In this document: positions 63,100-64,000 of the stretch, in pieces
How positions within the stretch are numbered: position 1 is the stretch's first letter
Layout of the letters: the number at the start of each line of letters is the position of its first letter
Source of the DNA: the human T2T-CHM13v2.0 reference genome, Homo sapiens
Reading direction: 5' to 3' (one strand)
Length of the DNA stretch: 64,000 nucleotides
NCBI RefSeq assembly: GCF_009914755.1
Contig: NC_060925.1
Made by a program: the position numbers and the translations under genes
The notes under the pieces: model-generated
Told to the model about the DNA's origin: nothing
Database searches by the model: none
What the model saw: only the letters and a program-made list of their open reading frames with translations

Positions 63100-63335
63100 T
63101 AATGAACCAATACCTATATAGCATCAGGCACTGCTCTAAATGCCTCATATATTTTGAATTCTTTAATCCTCAAAACATCCCTATGAGATAAAAACTATTA
63201 CCTTCATTGAACATGAGGAAAATAAAGCACTGGCAGGTGAAGTAACTTGCCTATGGTCCCACAGCTAGAACATGATAGAACCACTACACAAACCCAGACA
63301 ATATGGCTTAGCTCTTAACCACTCTGCCATACTCT
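63100..63335 (-). mobile_element. MIR SINE
   Basis: caggcactgctctaaatgc...tttaatcctca...ggtgaagtaacttgcctatggtcccacagctag. Confidence 0.8.
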
Positions 63336-63796
63336 CTGAGATGAAGGTGTGTGGTCATGAGATACAATCAGGCCGCCCAGCTGTGGGCTTTTATCCCACA
63401 AAAGGCAGTTGCTATGGTGTCAGGCAGAGGGGCACAGTGAGGCTCCCCAGAATTGTGGTCTGGCCAGCCTAGCAGGATAGAAGGTGAAAGGGAAAGCTAT
63501 TGAGGCCCATTATTACAGTAATTATATTGATGGACCATGGAATCTAAGTGAAGATGAGGGAAGAGGGTACCCGGGAGGAGAGAGAACCTTGTTATGTTAA
63601 GATTCCAGGTTCCTCTTCCCTAAACTTAGAGCCCTGAATAGAATGACTGCCTAAGTCCCTTCTCGTTCTAAAATTCTGCCCTTCTCTTGGTGCTCAATAA
63701 ATATTTGTGGAATGGATAAATGAATAGATGTGTATGCACATAGGCAATACACATTTTCTTAGCAGACACACATATAAAAATAAGAATATAATATGC

Positions 63797-63844
<48 letters not shown>
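63797..63844. repeat. (AGAT)12 tetranucleotide STR
   Basis: 12 perfect AGAT units counted directly. Confidence 0.97.
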
Positions 63845-64000
63845 TTGCTAAGCAAAGGAACATTGTAAGCAACAAAAGCACCTAGCTTCAGGGAACTGAA
63901 TGTAAAAACACTTATACACATTAATAACATTGTTTTATAATTACGTCACATGCCAATTAAGCAAAAACACAACTGCTCCATATCATTAGTTATTCTGTGT

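Noticed and set aside
63408-63421. Third X-box-like GTTGCTATGGTGTC
   Set aside because: Second half-site is poor and the site appears to lie in decayed L2 sequence.

Overview
This is human genomic DNA: a human-specific AluYb8 sits at 34410-34721 alongside primate AluS/J, L1PA, THE1, MST and MER50 elements. It is AT-rich, CpG-poor and has no CpG island, which fits a very large intron or a gene desert. I recognise no protein-coding exon, RNA gene or host gene. The ORFs I can assign are Alu, L1 or LTR read-throughs, and the rest look like chance ORFs. Much of the window is transposon-derived, with unusually many ancient MIR and L2 fragments (more than 40 MIR pieces by eye) and several nested insertions with readable target-site duplications (TSDs). 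I found no convincing new biological system. The leads worth testing are: a frame-preserving 27-nt microexon-like unit (15583-15609); a CpG-retaining stem-loop that encloses a 3' splice site (33416-33474); two RFX X-boxes (17384, 31302); several repeat-free candidate enhancers; a direct/inverted/direct repeat scar with a GAAA-capped hairpin (28038-28143); old local duplications (11.1/11.9 kb and 49.9-52.4 kb); and a possibly polymorphic AluYb8. Repeat subfamily names come from remembered consensus motifs. Boundaries of old elements are approximate to within tens of bp.
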